A model generated the notes under the pieces. That model saw nothing but the letters and a program-made list of their open reading frames with translations, did no database searches and had not been told where the DNA came from. Made by a program: the position numbers and the translations under genes. Positions 40,101-47,908 of a stretch of 64,000 nt of DNA are shown here, one piece after another. Numbering within the stretch: the stretch's first letter is position 1; each line of letters opens with the position of its first letter. This DNA comes from an uncultured Spirochaetota bacterium (GTDB lineage Bacteria > Spirochaetota > UBA4802 > UBA5550), in assembly GCA_937872225.1 (NCBI GenBank), contig CALMRZ010000066.1, positions 61 through 64,060 of the forward strand, written 5' to 3'.

Positions 40101-41825
40101 GAATCCGTCAGGCGCTTCAAGAAAATGGGCGACATCTACGAGCTCGGCAATTCCTACGCGGGCCTGGTGCATGATTACCTGTTCCTTGCCGATTATGAAA
40201 AGCTCAAGCACTTCCTTGACCAGTATTACATGATAACGAACCAGACGAACGACTTTTACGGGATCAACGAAGCATGGATATACAGCACGCCGTATTTCCT
40301 TGAAACCGGTAATATTGACACGGCCGAATGGCTCGGCAATGCCGCTTATAATTACAGCCTTGACACCAACATCCATTTCACCCAGTGCACGTCCTGCATC
40401 GAGCTCGGGAGGGTGTATCTCGAGAAGAGGGACAGCCAGCGGTCGCTCAAGTACCTCGAAAAGGCCCATGAACTTTACCGGGAAAACAGCTTTCTCAAGC
40501 AGTACACGGTCCAGCTCTTCCCGGCCCTCGCCGAGGCCTACCTGTACAGCTACATCAGCGGCAAGGACTCCGGCGACGGCGTATCGGAACAGCATCTTCA
40601 AAAGACGAAGGAATTCTGCAGAAAATCACTCTCCAGGACCAGGCGCTGGGCCACCTATTACGGACAGGCCCTCCTGGTGAACGCTAAATATTATGCGGTC
40701 CGCGGCAATAAAAAGAGGGCCCAAAAACTCTTTCTGCAGAGCATAGAACACAACAGGAGGATAGGCCGACGGTACTGGCTGGCGCGCAGCTATTACGAAT
40801 ACGGCCTGTTCCTGTCACAGGCCGACAGCGTAACGGCCGCGAAGAAAAACCTGGAATCTGCCTACAGCCTGTTTGCCGAGATCGGCGCAAACAGGTATAT
40901 TGAAGAACTGAAGAGCCTTCTCGGCATAAAGGAAGACGACATCGGCGTCTCTTCGATCGAACGGCGCATTGATAACGAACGTCTCTCATCGGTGATAAAA
41001 CTGGCCCGTGAAATAAGCACTATTTCCGGCACCGAAAACCTGCTGGACATGATACTCTCCAAGGCCGTCGAAATCACCGGCGCTCAGCGGGGGGCCATAT
41101 TCATAGCCGATGACTCGAACCGGCTGGAAAAGAAGGCTTTTTTCTCCGTGCTGGGGTATGACTTGGTGATCGACCAGTATTCCCTGAACATCATCAAGGC
41201 CGTGTACAACACCCAGACCATGGTCATACTCGGCGACGCCAGCGCCATGCCGCCGGCCCACGACCAGGCCGCCGCGCGGCCCCATTCGAAATCGATTCTC
41301 TGCGTCCCCATCAAGGAGCGGGAGAGGACCGTCGGCGTGTGCTACCTTGACAATTCGCTTACCAGCGGCATTTTCACGGAAAAAGAGGCCAACCTTCTGC
41401 TGACGTTCCTCTCCCATGTCGCCTTTGCCATGGAAATCGAATTCCTCCACAAGAGGTACCAGAGCACGAAGTACCCGGACAAGAAAGCACTTCAATCCCC
41501 GCTCATTAATGAAAAGATACAGAAGGCGGTGGAATATATCGACCAGAACTACGCTTACGAAATTTCTCGCGAGGGACTGGCGTCGCACATAGGGCTGCAC
41601 CATGACAACCTGGGAAGGTATTTCAAGCTTTACCAGGGCAAGAAGATGAGCGACTATATCAATGAACTCCGCATAAAAGAAGCTGCCCGCAAACTGCAGG
41701 AAACCGACGAAAAGATCATCGACATCGCCTTTTCGGTCGGTTTCGGAAGTCTCAGGACCTTCAACAAGTCGTTCAGGGAAATCATGAAGATGTCCCCGGC
41801 GTATTACCGGAAAAAACGCCCCTGA
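37155..41825 (+). CDS. Giant multidomain regulator: Ser/Thr protein kinase + P-loop NTPase (STAND/AAA-like) + TPR array + GAF + AraC-type HTH.
   Basis: 1556 aa with:
- HRDLKPANVLV catalytic loop and DFG-like LTGFG;
- GEGGCGKSRL Walker A;
- long alpha-helical repeat region;
- GAF-like GAQRGAIFIADD...VGVCYLDN;
- C-terminal AraC HTH (...GSLRTFNKSFREIMKMSPAYYRKKRP). Confidence 0.8.
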   Translation: MDISGKIIHNKYLVDKQIWEDAVSYLHLAHDTTPQRKPLIIRFLKNNVISKRVEDLIRFRIEVNAVSGLEHRNITRIIETGELIEVIYVVMEYFPCISLNEAVEKQVLSISQSVDCVKQICSALDCLHGNNIIHRDLKPANVLVDNETVKLTGFGLSHIREFNESIPFEEIKKNFLYLSPEQCGILKRPVDERSDLYSLGVIFFQLLTGNVPFDGHDICSIIHQHIARVPEPPGASNPEVPPILGRIVMKLLDKEPENRYQSARGVISDIERYQSGEHEFMLGLDDRLTRLSYRTKLIGREREMSQLTEIIKDLDGGTGSVYFITGEGGCGKSRLIEELKSTIFANDFILVSGSCSIQSNKIPNAPIKEALDEFMVNFHNLSEDERNGIAESLREEFGDLGEILIKFNPSLEELLGPCPPLVALEPVREYKRFLMVVSQFIFKLSDLAGGLVVVLENLQWTDEGTVNLMHELLNEINDHPLVIIGLYREDEVPETHVLEKFHLDIASKEVRYTRIHIEKLDPAAMNKFAAGLLMESEDQILRVSDFLYQKTGGNPFFAIELLKQLIDEGALTHKNNRWTFNDAKLNAIEISASIVDIILKRINKLTRNEIDILSCASVMGEKFNMRILFKVSGLDRTEIVRIIDKAIDLQLLIDLPAWGEIGFAHDRIKEAFYGSLDEAKRKGLHIGIANAIEENNRDNLSPVIFELAHHFIEGGDTDRAIIFAFPAGIMAMGKYANEEALKYFRTALDLLEKEGHRGSIQWIRIQVNMSRVFLTIGSYDKAIETLSEIAPLMESDVEKADIYSHICAAYLRKGDWKKCEEYAMKSGEILGERFTDNKVLLIATLVKELALLGLFSLFPRLVVRFRRRKFVEFNKLKAKFAVPVLWSYIYSNTLKFTRFTLRVLNIAISKIGKSPELGMAIGGFGSILMAISRFNLALKYLTIALEMREKLLDQWGSAQSYQWLGYCHQWKGDYRSSIDCFEESVRRFKKMGDIYELGNSYAGLVHDYLFLADYEKLKHFLDQYYMITNQTNDFYGINEAWIYSTPYFLETGNIDTAEWLGNAAYNYSLDTNIHFTQCTSCIELGRVYLEKRDSQRSLKYLEKAHELYRENSFLKQYTVQLFPALAEAYLYSYISGKDSGDGVSEQHLQKTKEFCRKSLSRTRRWATYYGQALLVNAKYYAVRGNKKRAQKLFLQSIEHNRRIGRRYWLARSYYEYGLFLSQADSVTAAKKNLESAYSLFAEIGANRYIEELKSLLGIKEDDIGVSSIERRIDNERLSSVIKLAREISTISGTENLLDMILSKAVEITGAQRGAIFIADDSNRLEKKAFFSVLGYDLVIDQYSLNIIKAVYNTQTMVILGDASAMPPAHDQAAARPHSKSILCVPIKERERTVGVCYLDNSLTSGIFTEKEANLLLTFLSHVAFAMEIEFLHKRYQSTKYPDKKALQSPLINEKIQKAVEYIDQNYAYEISREGLASHIGLHHDNLGRYFKLYQGKKMSDYINELRIKEAARKLQETDEKIIDIAFSVGFGSLRTFNKSFREIMKMSPAYYRKKRP

Positions 41826-41834
41826 AAACGCCGG

Positions 41835-43244
41835 TTATACCCTGGCCTCCGCAGACTGGAGGCGGGAAATCTCGTCCTTAAGCTCGATCATCACCTTCAG
41901 ATCGCCTTCCACCACCAGCCTTCCGGTTTTCCACGCCTCGATCTGGTTCAGCGTCCCGTTCTGGAGGCAGCGCCAGTCCTCGGCCGTGGCCCTGACCGTG
42001 CAGGTGGGGTCCTTGACCGTGCCCTCGTGCCGCCGGGCCCTGCCCTGTTCAGAAACGATATACCAGTCAGACCCGCCCGGCCCGGTGAAATTGAACTGGA
42101 TGGTCACCAGGTCTTCCTTGACATTCACCGTCTTTTTATGCTCACCGGGCGCTTCCAGGCCCAGCACATCAGCGATGCGCCGGGTACAGCAGTTGTTATG
42201 GTACATGTCATCGGCAATTGGGACACCCTGGCGCTTCATCTTTTTCAGGACGGAAATGAGGATCATCCCGAAGCGCATCGCGGCGAAGACCTCGTTGTAG
42301 TCGAAATTCCGCACCTTCCACCCGGTCAGTTCCTCGTACCGCCTGATGGTTTCATCCCGTCCCGGCGAGCCGGGAAGCCGAGGAAGGCTGTATTCCGCTG
42401 AAAGATACCAGTCCATGAAAACAAACCAGGCAAGGTCTGCCTCGGGATCGCCCAGGAAGGCCATTTCCCAATCGAGCACCGCGACCACGTTAAAATCCGG
42501 TTCGCCGTAGAGGACATTGCCCATGCGGGCATCGCCCCAGCAGAGACATACCCGCTCCGGGACGTAGGCGTTGTCCCTGAGCCACTGGAGCGCCTTTTCC
42601 AGCACCGGATAGCTTTCGGAGGGGTCGTCCTTTATCCAGTCCAGGAACCTGCTCCAGTAGGCGAGCTGCCGGTCGATCGGGCCCGTGCCCGCCTGCGGCA
42701 CGCCGAGAAAATCGAGGCCGAGCTTTCTCCAGTCCGCCATGTTGGTCCTTGCCAGCATTTCAAGGGCGCGCCACCACATCAGTGACCGCTGTTCCGGGGT
42801 CGCGTCGAAGTAAACGCCTGACCCGTGATACGACGGATAGTCCTTCGGCATGGTGCCGCTCAAGCGCTCCATGATATAAAAAGGTGTGCCGATGACTTCC
42901 GGGGCTTCCTCCTGCCAGAACATTTCCGGCACCGGGACATTGCTCTGCCTGAGGGCCCTCATGATCAGGAACTGGTGGTTGAGGTGATACTCGGGAAACA
43001 CCTTGTGGTCAAGGGGCGCGGCGCGGAGCACCATCCCCTTCGTGATCCTTTTACCCTGCTCTTCCCATGCCAGGTCAAAGAGGAATGTCTCATTCGAAAG
43101 TCCCATGCCCGGCTTCTGGATGCCTGATATCGATAGGTGCTGCGCGCCCGGCATCCGCTTCTGCAGCCAGGGCACAAGGTGGGTCATGATACGCCCGAAG
43201 GTATCCTGTTCGTTTTTCATGGCAATACTCCTTGTTTTTGTCAT
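41835..43244 (-). CDS. Phosphotransferase (APH-like kinase) family protein with C-terminal SCP2 sterol-carrier domain.
   Basis: APH-fold conservation (…VLDWEMAFLGDPEADL…, Brenner-like HGDARMGNVL). The C-terminal roughly 100 aa resembles SCP2. Confidence 0.6.
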   Translation of the reverse strand: MTKTRSIAMKNEQDTFGRIMTHLVPWLQKRMPGAQHLSISGIQKPGMGLSNETFLFDLAWEEQGKRITKGMVLRAAPLDHKVFPEYHLNHQFLIMRALRQSNVPVPEMFWQEEAPEVIGTPFYIMERLSGTMPKDYPSYHGSGVYFDATPEQRSLMWWRALEMLARTNMADWRKLGLDFLGVPQAGTGPIDRQLAYWSRFLDWIKDDPSESYPVLEKALQWLRDNAYVPERVCLCWGDARMGNVLYGEPDFNVVAVLDWEMAFLGDPEADLAWFVFMDWYLSAEYSLPRLPGSPGRDETIRRYEELTGWKVRNFDYNEVFAAMRFGMILISVLKKMKRQGVPIADDMYHNNCCTRRIADVLGLEAPGEHKKTVNVKEDLVTIQFNFTGPGGSDWYIVSEQGRARRHEGTVKDPTCTVRATAEDWRCLQNGTLNQIEAWKTGRLVVEGDLKVMIELKDEISRLQSAEARV

Positions 43245-43319
43245 CGCCCGTCCTTTGCGGGCGATCCGTTATATTTATATTGTGGGATTCCCGCGCAGGC
43301 GGGAATGACATTCACTCAA

Positions 43320-44414
43320 TCAGTATGAAAGGTATCCGTACTTCGGATACTTCCCTATCAGCACCAGTTCGACGATCCCGAAACCGGTTTCGGCGCCGCA
43401 CCGGAATTCGCACATGAAATCCTCCAAGAAAGACACTTCTTTGAAGGTATTCAGGTCGGTGAGGTCAAGCTTGAATCCGTCGAGGTATTCCGGCCCCATC
43501 CAGAGGCCGTGGGTGAAACCCCTGAAACCGAAATATCCCCCGGCCCGTATATGGCAGACGCTGAGGGGTTTTATCGAAAGTTCAACGGGTTCTCCCTCTT
43601 CGGGATACAGAACCACTGCGCCGCCGTTGATATGGCGGACGTCAGGCTTGAAGGTATAGTTATGGTCAACGCGGACCATCTTCTTTTCTTCCTTCCCTGC
43701 TTCCGGGGGATACATTATGGCCCCGCTGAAGGCAAGCGTCCGGGAATCCCATGACTCCCTGGTGTGGTATGTCACGCCCCAGTCCTCAAACTGCGCCAGA
43801 ATGAAATTATACAGATAACCCTGGGGGACCTCGCCCGGCTGGACACCGGTCTCGGGGACACCGCCGCCGCGGCGTATGCCCCAGGAATGGTCCCGTTCGG
43901 CCCTCCAGGACGCGGCATCCACCGTGATCTCCTGCCCGTCGGCACGGACCCATCCCGAGGGGCGTCCCACCTGAACATATCGCTTCACGTTCTCAAGGAC
44001 ACGGCCGCGGAACTTCGCCGTCTGGGCCTCCTCCTCGTGGGGCATCATGGCAGCTTTGAAATCAATCGAGCAGGACAGGCCGTAGGGGTTATCGGCGACG
44101 GAAAGCCTCACTGCGCGGAGGGGCTCAATGACCTCGTAGGACAGGGGACCGACGCTGACCCGGTCAAAGCCCGGCCTCAGCTCCCTTGACGCCCGTACGC
44201 AGTACTGGGTCTTGCCGTCTATGACGAAGCACGCGAAGGCGTCCATGATGTTGCGGTTCGGGTAATGGCCGAAGCCGGCTATAAGCTGGTACCTGCCCAC
44301 GGTATCATGGGCCGAAAACCATATCCTCTCGGTCCATTCACGGGCGCTGGTGGCGACAGTGTCGAAAGTATCAACCGTCTGATGACACAATAATTCATCG
44401 TACGTGGTGAGCAT
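43320..44414 (-). CDS. Conserved hypothetical protein, paralog A (MLTTYDELLCHQ...DHSWGIR family).
   Basis: 364 aa. About 45 % identical by eye to the protein at 45717..46832, with shared N-terminal and DHSWGIR motifs. Confidence 0.6.
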   Translation of the reverse strand: MLTTYDELLCHQTVDTFDTVATSAREWTERIWFSAHDTVGRYQLIAGFGHYPNRNIMDAFACFVIDGKTQYCVRASRELRPGFDRVSVGPLSYEVIEPLRAVRLSVADNPYGLSCSIDFKAAMMPHEEEAQTAKFRGRVLENVKRYVQVGRPSGWVRADGQEITVDAASWRAERDHSWGIRRGGGVPETGVQPGEVPQGYLYNFILAQFEDWGVTYHTRESWDSRTLAFSGAIMYPPEAGKEEKKMVRVDHNYTFKPDVRHINGGAVVLYPEEGEPVELSIKPLSVCHIRAGGYFGFRGFTHGLWMGPEYLDGFKLDLTDLNTFKEVSFLEDFMCEFRCGAETGFGIVELVLIGKYPKYGYLSY

Positions 44415-44889
44415 AACAACCTCGTTTTATATTTATTTTGTACAACAAGGTGAGCGTTTGCTCAAGCAGTATGTTGTTTAATCACTTTATCCAATGCAAC
44501 CATATCGGAGGCCTGATTTTTTGTCAATACAATAGCAACGTGACAAATATGACGCGGTGTCTGATTTTTTAATTCATCATCCACTTGAGATTCCGCCATG
44601 GGTGACTTGTCGTTTCAAACACCTCCGGCCGGGGTTCGTCGAAATGTCAGATTTACAACAAACATACTTTATTTTTCCTTTACTAAAATATACCTCATCG
44701 ATAATATTGAATTAACTTGGTGCGAAACAGCGTTGTGCGCTTGCAGGGTTCTCCTGCCGTGGGCTTGCAAGGGTATTCGCCCTTCAGACCCGACGGGAAG
44801 AGTCGGATTTGCAACAAGTCTGCTAAATATAAAGCGTCTGCATGGATTGCGGATCACCGCCCAGCGGGCGCCACGAGGTATTACCGGTC

Positions 44890-45711
44890 ATGAAAAAATA
44901 TTTCACCCACACCACGATGGGCCGCACCGCCGTGGTCACCGGCGCGTCAAGCGGCATCGGCGAGGCCTTTGCCAGGCGCCTGGCAAAGGAAGGTTTTAAC
45001 TGCTTCCTTGTTGCCCGAAGAAAGCATGTTCTGGTCAAGCTATCGGAGGAGCTTGAGCGTGAACACGGCATCAGGGCCACGATTTTGGCCGCTGATCTCT
45101 CCACCGACGCCGGGGTCCGCCATGTGGAAAAAATCATCGCAGCGGACGATTCAATCGATGTCCTGGTCAATGCCGCCGGTTTCGGGACACGGGGTTTTTT
45201 TGCCGATGTCGAGCCGGACAAGATCCAGCGCATGGTCTATCTCCACACGATGGCACCGGCGCGTCTCACGAGGGCCGTGCTCAGGAGAATGAGGTCAAAC
45301 CGTCGGGGCTACATCATTAATGTTTCCTCGATCGGGGCCTTTTTGACCACGTCCCATTACGTCACCTATTCCGCCACCAAGGCCTTTATAAACATGATGA
45401 CCATGGGGCTGCGCGATGAACTGGCCGGCACCGGCGTGAAGATACAGGCTCTGTGTCCCGGCCTCACCAGGACGGGGTTCATGTACACGGAGGAATTCAG
45501 CGACTTCAATTACGGGGACATCCCCGCCTTCGCCTGGATGACCCCCGAAGAAGTGGTGGAGGAATCACTTGCCGCCCTCATGAAGGACAAGATCATTTTT
45601 ATCCCCGGGCGGGGCAACAGGATCTTTGTGGGAATCCTGAAGGCCCCCCTCATCGGGTCCGCCGTCGGCGGTATATTGAGTTTCCTGGGGCGCGGCAGGA
45701 ACTCCTACTGA
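44890..45711 (+). CDS. Short-chain dehydrogenase/reductase (classical SDR).
   Basis: TGASSGIG cofactor motif, NAAG, S...YxxxK catalytic tetrad. Alternative starts at 44842 and 44917. Confidence 0.75.
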   Translation: MKKYFTHTTMGRTAVVTGASSGIGEAFARRLAKEGFNCFLVARRKHVLVKLSEELEREHGIRATILAADLSTDAGVRHVEKIIAADDSIDVLVNAAGFGTRGFFADVEPDKIQRMVYLHTMAPARLTRAVLRRMRSNRRGYIINVSSIGAFLTTSHYVTYSATKAFINMMTMGLRDELAGTGVKIQALCPGLTRTGFMYTEEFSDFNYGDIPAFAWMTPEEVVEESLAALMKDKIIFIPGRGNRIFVGILKAPLIGSAVGGILSFLGRGRNSY

Positions 45712-45716
45712 CAGGG

Positions 45717-46832
45717 TTACGCGGGCTTGAATCCCCATTGCTTGAAACCGTACCTGTCAAAGGGAGCGAAGATCATGTTCTCTATGATACCGTACCCTGT
45801 TTCGACTCCGCAGCGGACCTCGACAACGGTGTCGTCAAGGCCATGGACGTCGTTGGCGACCGACTCGTCGCCGATGTTCCAGGTCTCGCCGTCCTCCCAG
45901 TATTCGCCCATCCACGTGCCGTGGCGGAACCCCTTATAGCCGACATAGGCGCCGCCGCGGAGGTACATGGTGGTCAATTCCTTCATGGCAAGTTCAATCT
46001 TACGGCCATCCTTGCAGGTGAATACAACATTCCCCGCCTTCATCCGCTGGGTCCCGGGATGGTACTCATACTGGTGGTCCACCGCTGTGATGGGCACCGG
46101 CGCCTTCTTCCCGCCAATACGTTCCACGACCGATCCGCCCAGGTATTGCACGGTCCCGTCATTCTTCTCAATCAGGTAGCAATAAAGGCCCCATTCATTG
46201 AACTGGATGGTAAGCCAGTTGATCATCATGGCCGTGAATTTTTCATGGTCCGGGGCCTGTACTCCCTGCTCCGCCGCGCCGGTACCCATGCGGATGCCCC
46301 AGGAATGATCGCGCTGGGCATAGTAATTGGCCTCGTCGATGTCGTATTTCCTTCCTTCAACAATCACCCATCCCCGGACCCGGCCCAGCTGTGCATACCG
46401 ACAGGTATTCATGTAGAGCCTTCCCCGGCTCCTGCCGAACTGGGGCTCCTCCTCCCCCGGGTCCATGGTCCCCAGGAATTCCAGGTCATAGCTGAACCCG
46501 TATTTATTCTCACCCATGATAATTCGGATTTTCCGGTACGGCTCGACCACCTCGTAGGAAAGGGGGCCCAGGGATATTTCGTCGATCTTAGGCCTGAGAA
46601 CCCTTGAGATTCTCATGTTGTACTGCTTACGGTTCCCGATGTTGACGCAGCCGTACCCGTCCAGGACGTTCCTGTTGGGATATATCCCGAAGCCGGTGGC
46701 AAGGACCAGTTCCCCCTTCGTGTCGTGGATATTGCACCAGAGCTTCTCGGTCCAGGCGCGGTCGCTCGTGTCCGGATGGTCAAAGGTGGACACCACCTGG
46801 TGGCAGGTAAACTCATCGAACGTGGTAAGCAT
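45717..46832 (-). CDS. Conserved hypothetical protein, paralog B of 43320..44414.
   Basis: 371 aa. MLTTFDEFTCHQ..., DHSWGIRMG. Confidence 0.6.
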   Translation of the reverse strand: MLTTFDEFTCHQVVSTFDHPDTSDRAWTEKLWCNIHDTKGELVLATGFGIYPNRNVLDGYGCVNIGNRKQYNMRISRVLRPKIDEISLGPLSYEVVEPYRKIRIIMGENKYGFSYDLEFLGTMDPGEEEPQFGRSRGRLYMNTCRYAQLGRVRGWVIVEGRKYDIDEANYYAQRDHSWGIRMGTGAAEQGVQAPDHEKFTAMMINWLTIQFNEWGLYCYLIEKNDGTVQYLGGSVVERIGGKKAPVPITAVDHQYEYHPGTQRMKAGNVVFTCKDGRKIELAMKELTTMYLRGGAYVGYKGFRHGTWMGEYWEDGETWNIGDESVANDVHGLDDTVVEVRCGVETGYGIIENMIFAPFDRYGFKQWGFKPA

Positions 46833-47100
46833 CGCGATCTCCTTGTAAATTTTATGGTAATACTACTATGTATATATAAACATGATAGAGCATAGATCAT
46901 GCCAAATCAGATAATCCCTTCTGCTCCAGAGGCGCATTGGGAATATTTTCTGATTCATATAACACAAAACATGCTCGTAAAAAAGTCAAGGAAAATGATT
47001 ACGATCTGCCCATTTAATGTTTGCAATTCTGGCGACAATTTGATAAAATAATATAATAACACATTCAGAAAGTTTCTGCCAAACATAATCTTGGAGGTTT

Positions 47101-47775
47101 ATGATGCGCATTAAACGATTAGTGTTGTTATGCGGAGCACTGCTATTTTTATTATGCTTCCGAACGGCACCGGTCCATGCCTTCGGATTGGGTCTGTTCG
47201 GCAACTTTGACGGCGGCAAGATGATATGGGAAGGATACCCTGCAACTTTTATGAACTACGGCGGCGGCTTTGTAATGGACACCAACCTCGCCGGCGATCA
47301 GGTCTTCAATTACCGTCTGGAGCTCGGGTTCAGCAATCTGCGCACCCCATACGAGGTTAAAGAATGGGACTTGATCCCGACCATGATTGCCTCTTACATG
47401 ATGGGGACGATATTCCCTGTTGAAAAGTATGAAACGTATTATGAAAACAGCCTGGCCCTGACCACGGTTCATTATTTCGGCTTTGGTGTTGTCCGATCCA
47501 AAAATGTGCGCTTCTGGCTGGGACCGCAGATAACCATCGGGGGCATGCTTACCAATCTCACCGGGTTTATTGCCGGTATAGGGTTCGCCATGGGCCTGAA
47601 CATCAATATCGGCGATGTTTTCACCCTTTCCTTTGTGGGCTCGGGAAGATACATCGGCGGTGTCAGGTTCTTCTCCTATCAGGGAACCACCTACAGCCAG
47701 GGCGGCTATGGCGGCGACGGCATGATAACCGTTGGATTCATATTCCGTATCCCCGGAGACACGTACAGGCGCTGA
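47101..47775 (+). CDS. Hypothetical secreted Gly/aromatic-rich protein (possible small beta-barrel OMP).
   Basis: Signal peptide RLVLLCGALLFLLCFRTAPVHA. C-terminal aromatic residue. Confidence 0.5.
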   Translation: MMRIKRLVLLCGALLFLLCFRTAPVHAFGLGLFGNFDGGKMIWEGYPATFMNYGGGFVMDTNLAGDQVFNYRLELGFSNLRTPYEVKEWDLIPTMIASYMMGTIFPVEKYETYYENSLALTTVHYFGFGVVRSKNVRFWLGPQITIGGMLTNLTGFIAGIGFAMGLNINIGDVFTLSFVGSGRYIGGVRFFSYQGTTYSQGGYGGDGMITVGFIFRIPGDTYRR

Positions 47776-47908
47776 TAAACGTGCCGCAAAAGAAACGCAG
47801 TCAAATTGAGCGCAACAACCTCTGCGCCGCGCTGATAACGCAAAGCGGATATGTCAGTAAAGCGATTGGTTCTCCGGAAATTTAACTGCCAGCAGCACTA
47901 GTCAGGTC

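Noticed and set aside
45453-46607. 384-aa plus-strand ORF.
   Set aside because: Antisense to paralog B. Typical high-GC shadow ORF with Arg/Pro/Gly-rich translation.
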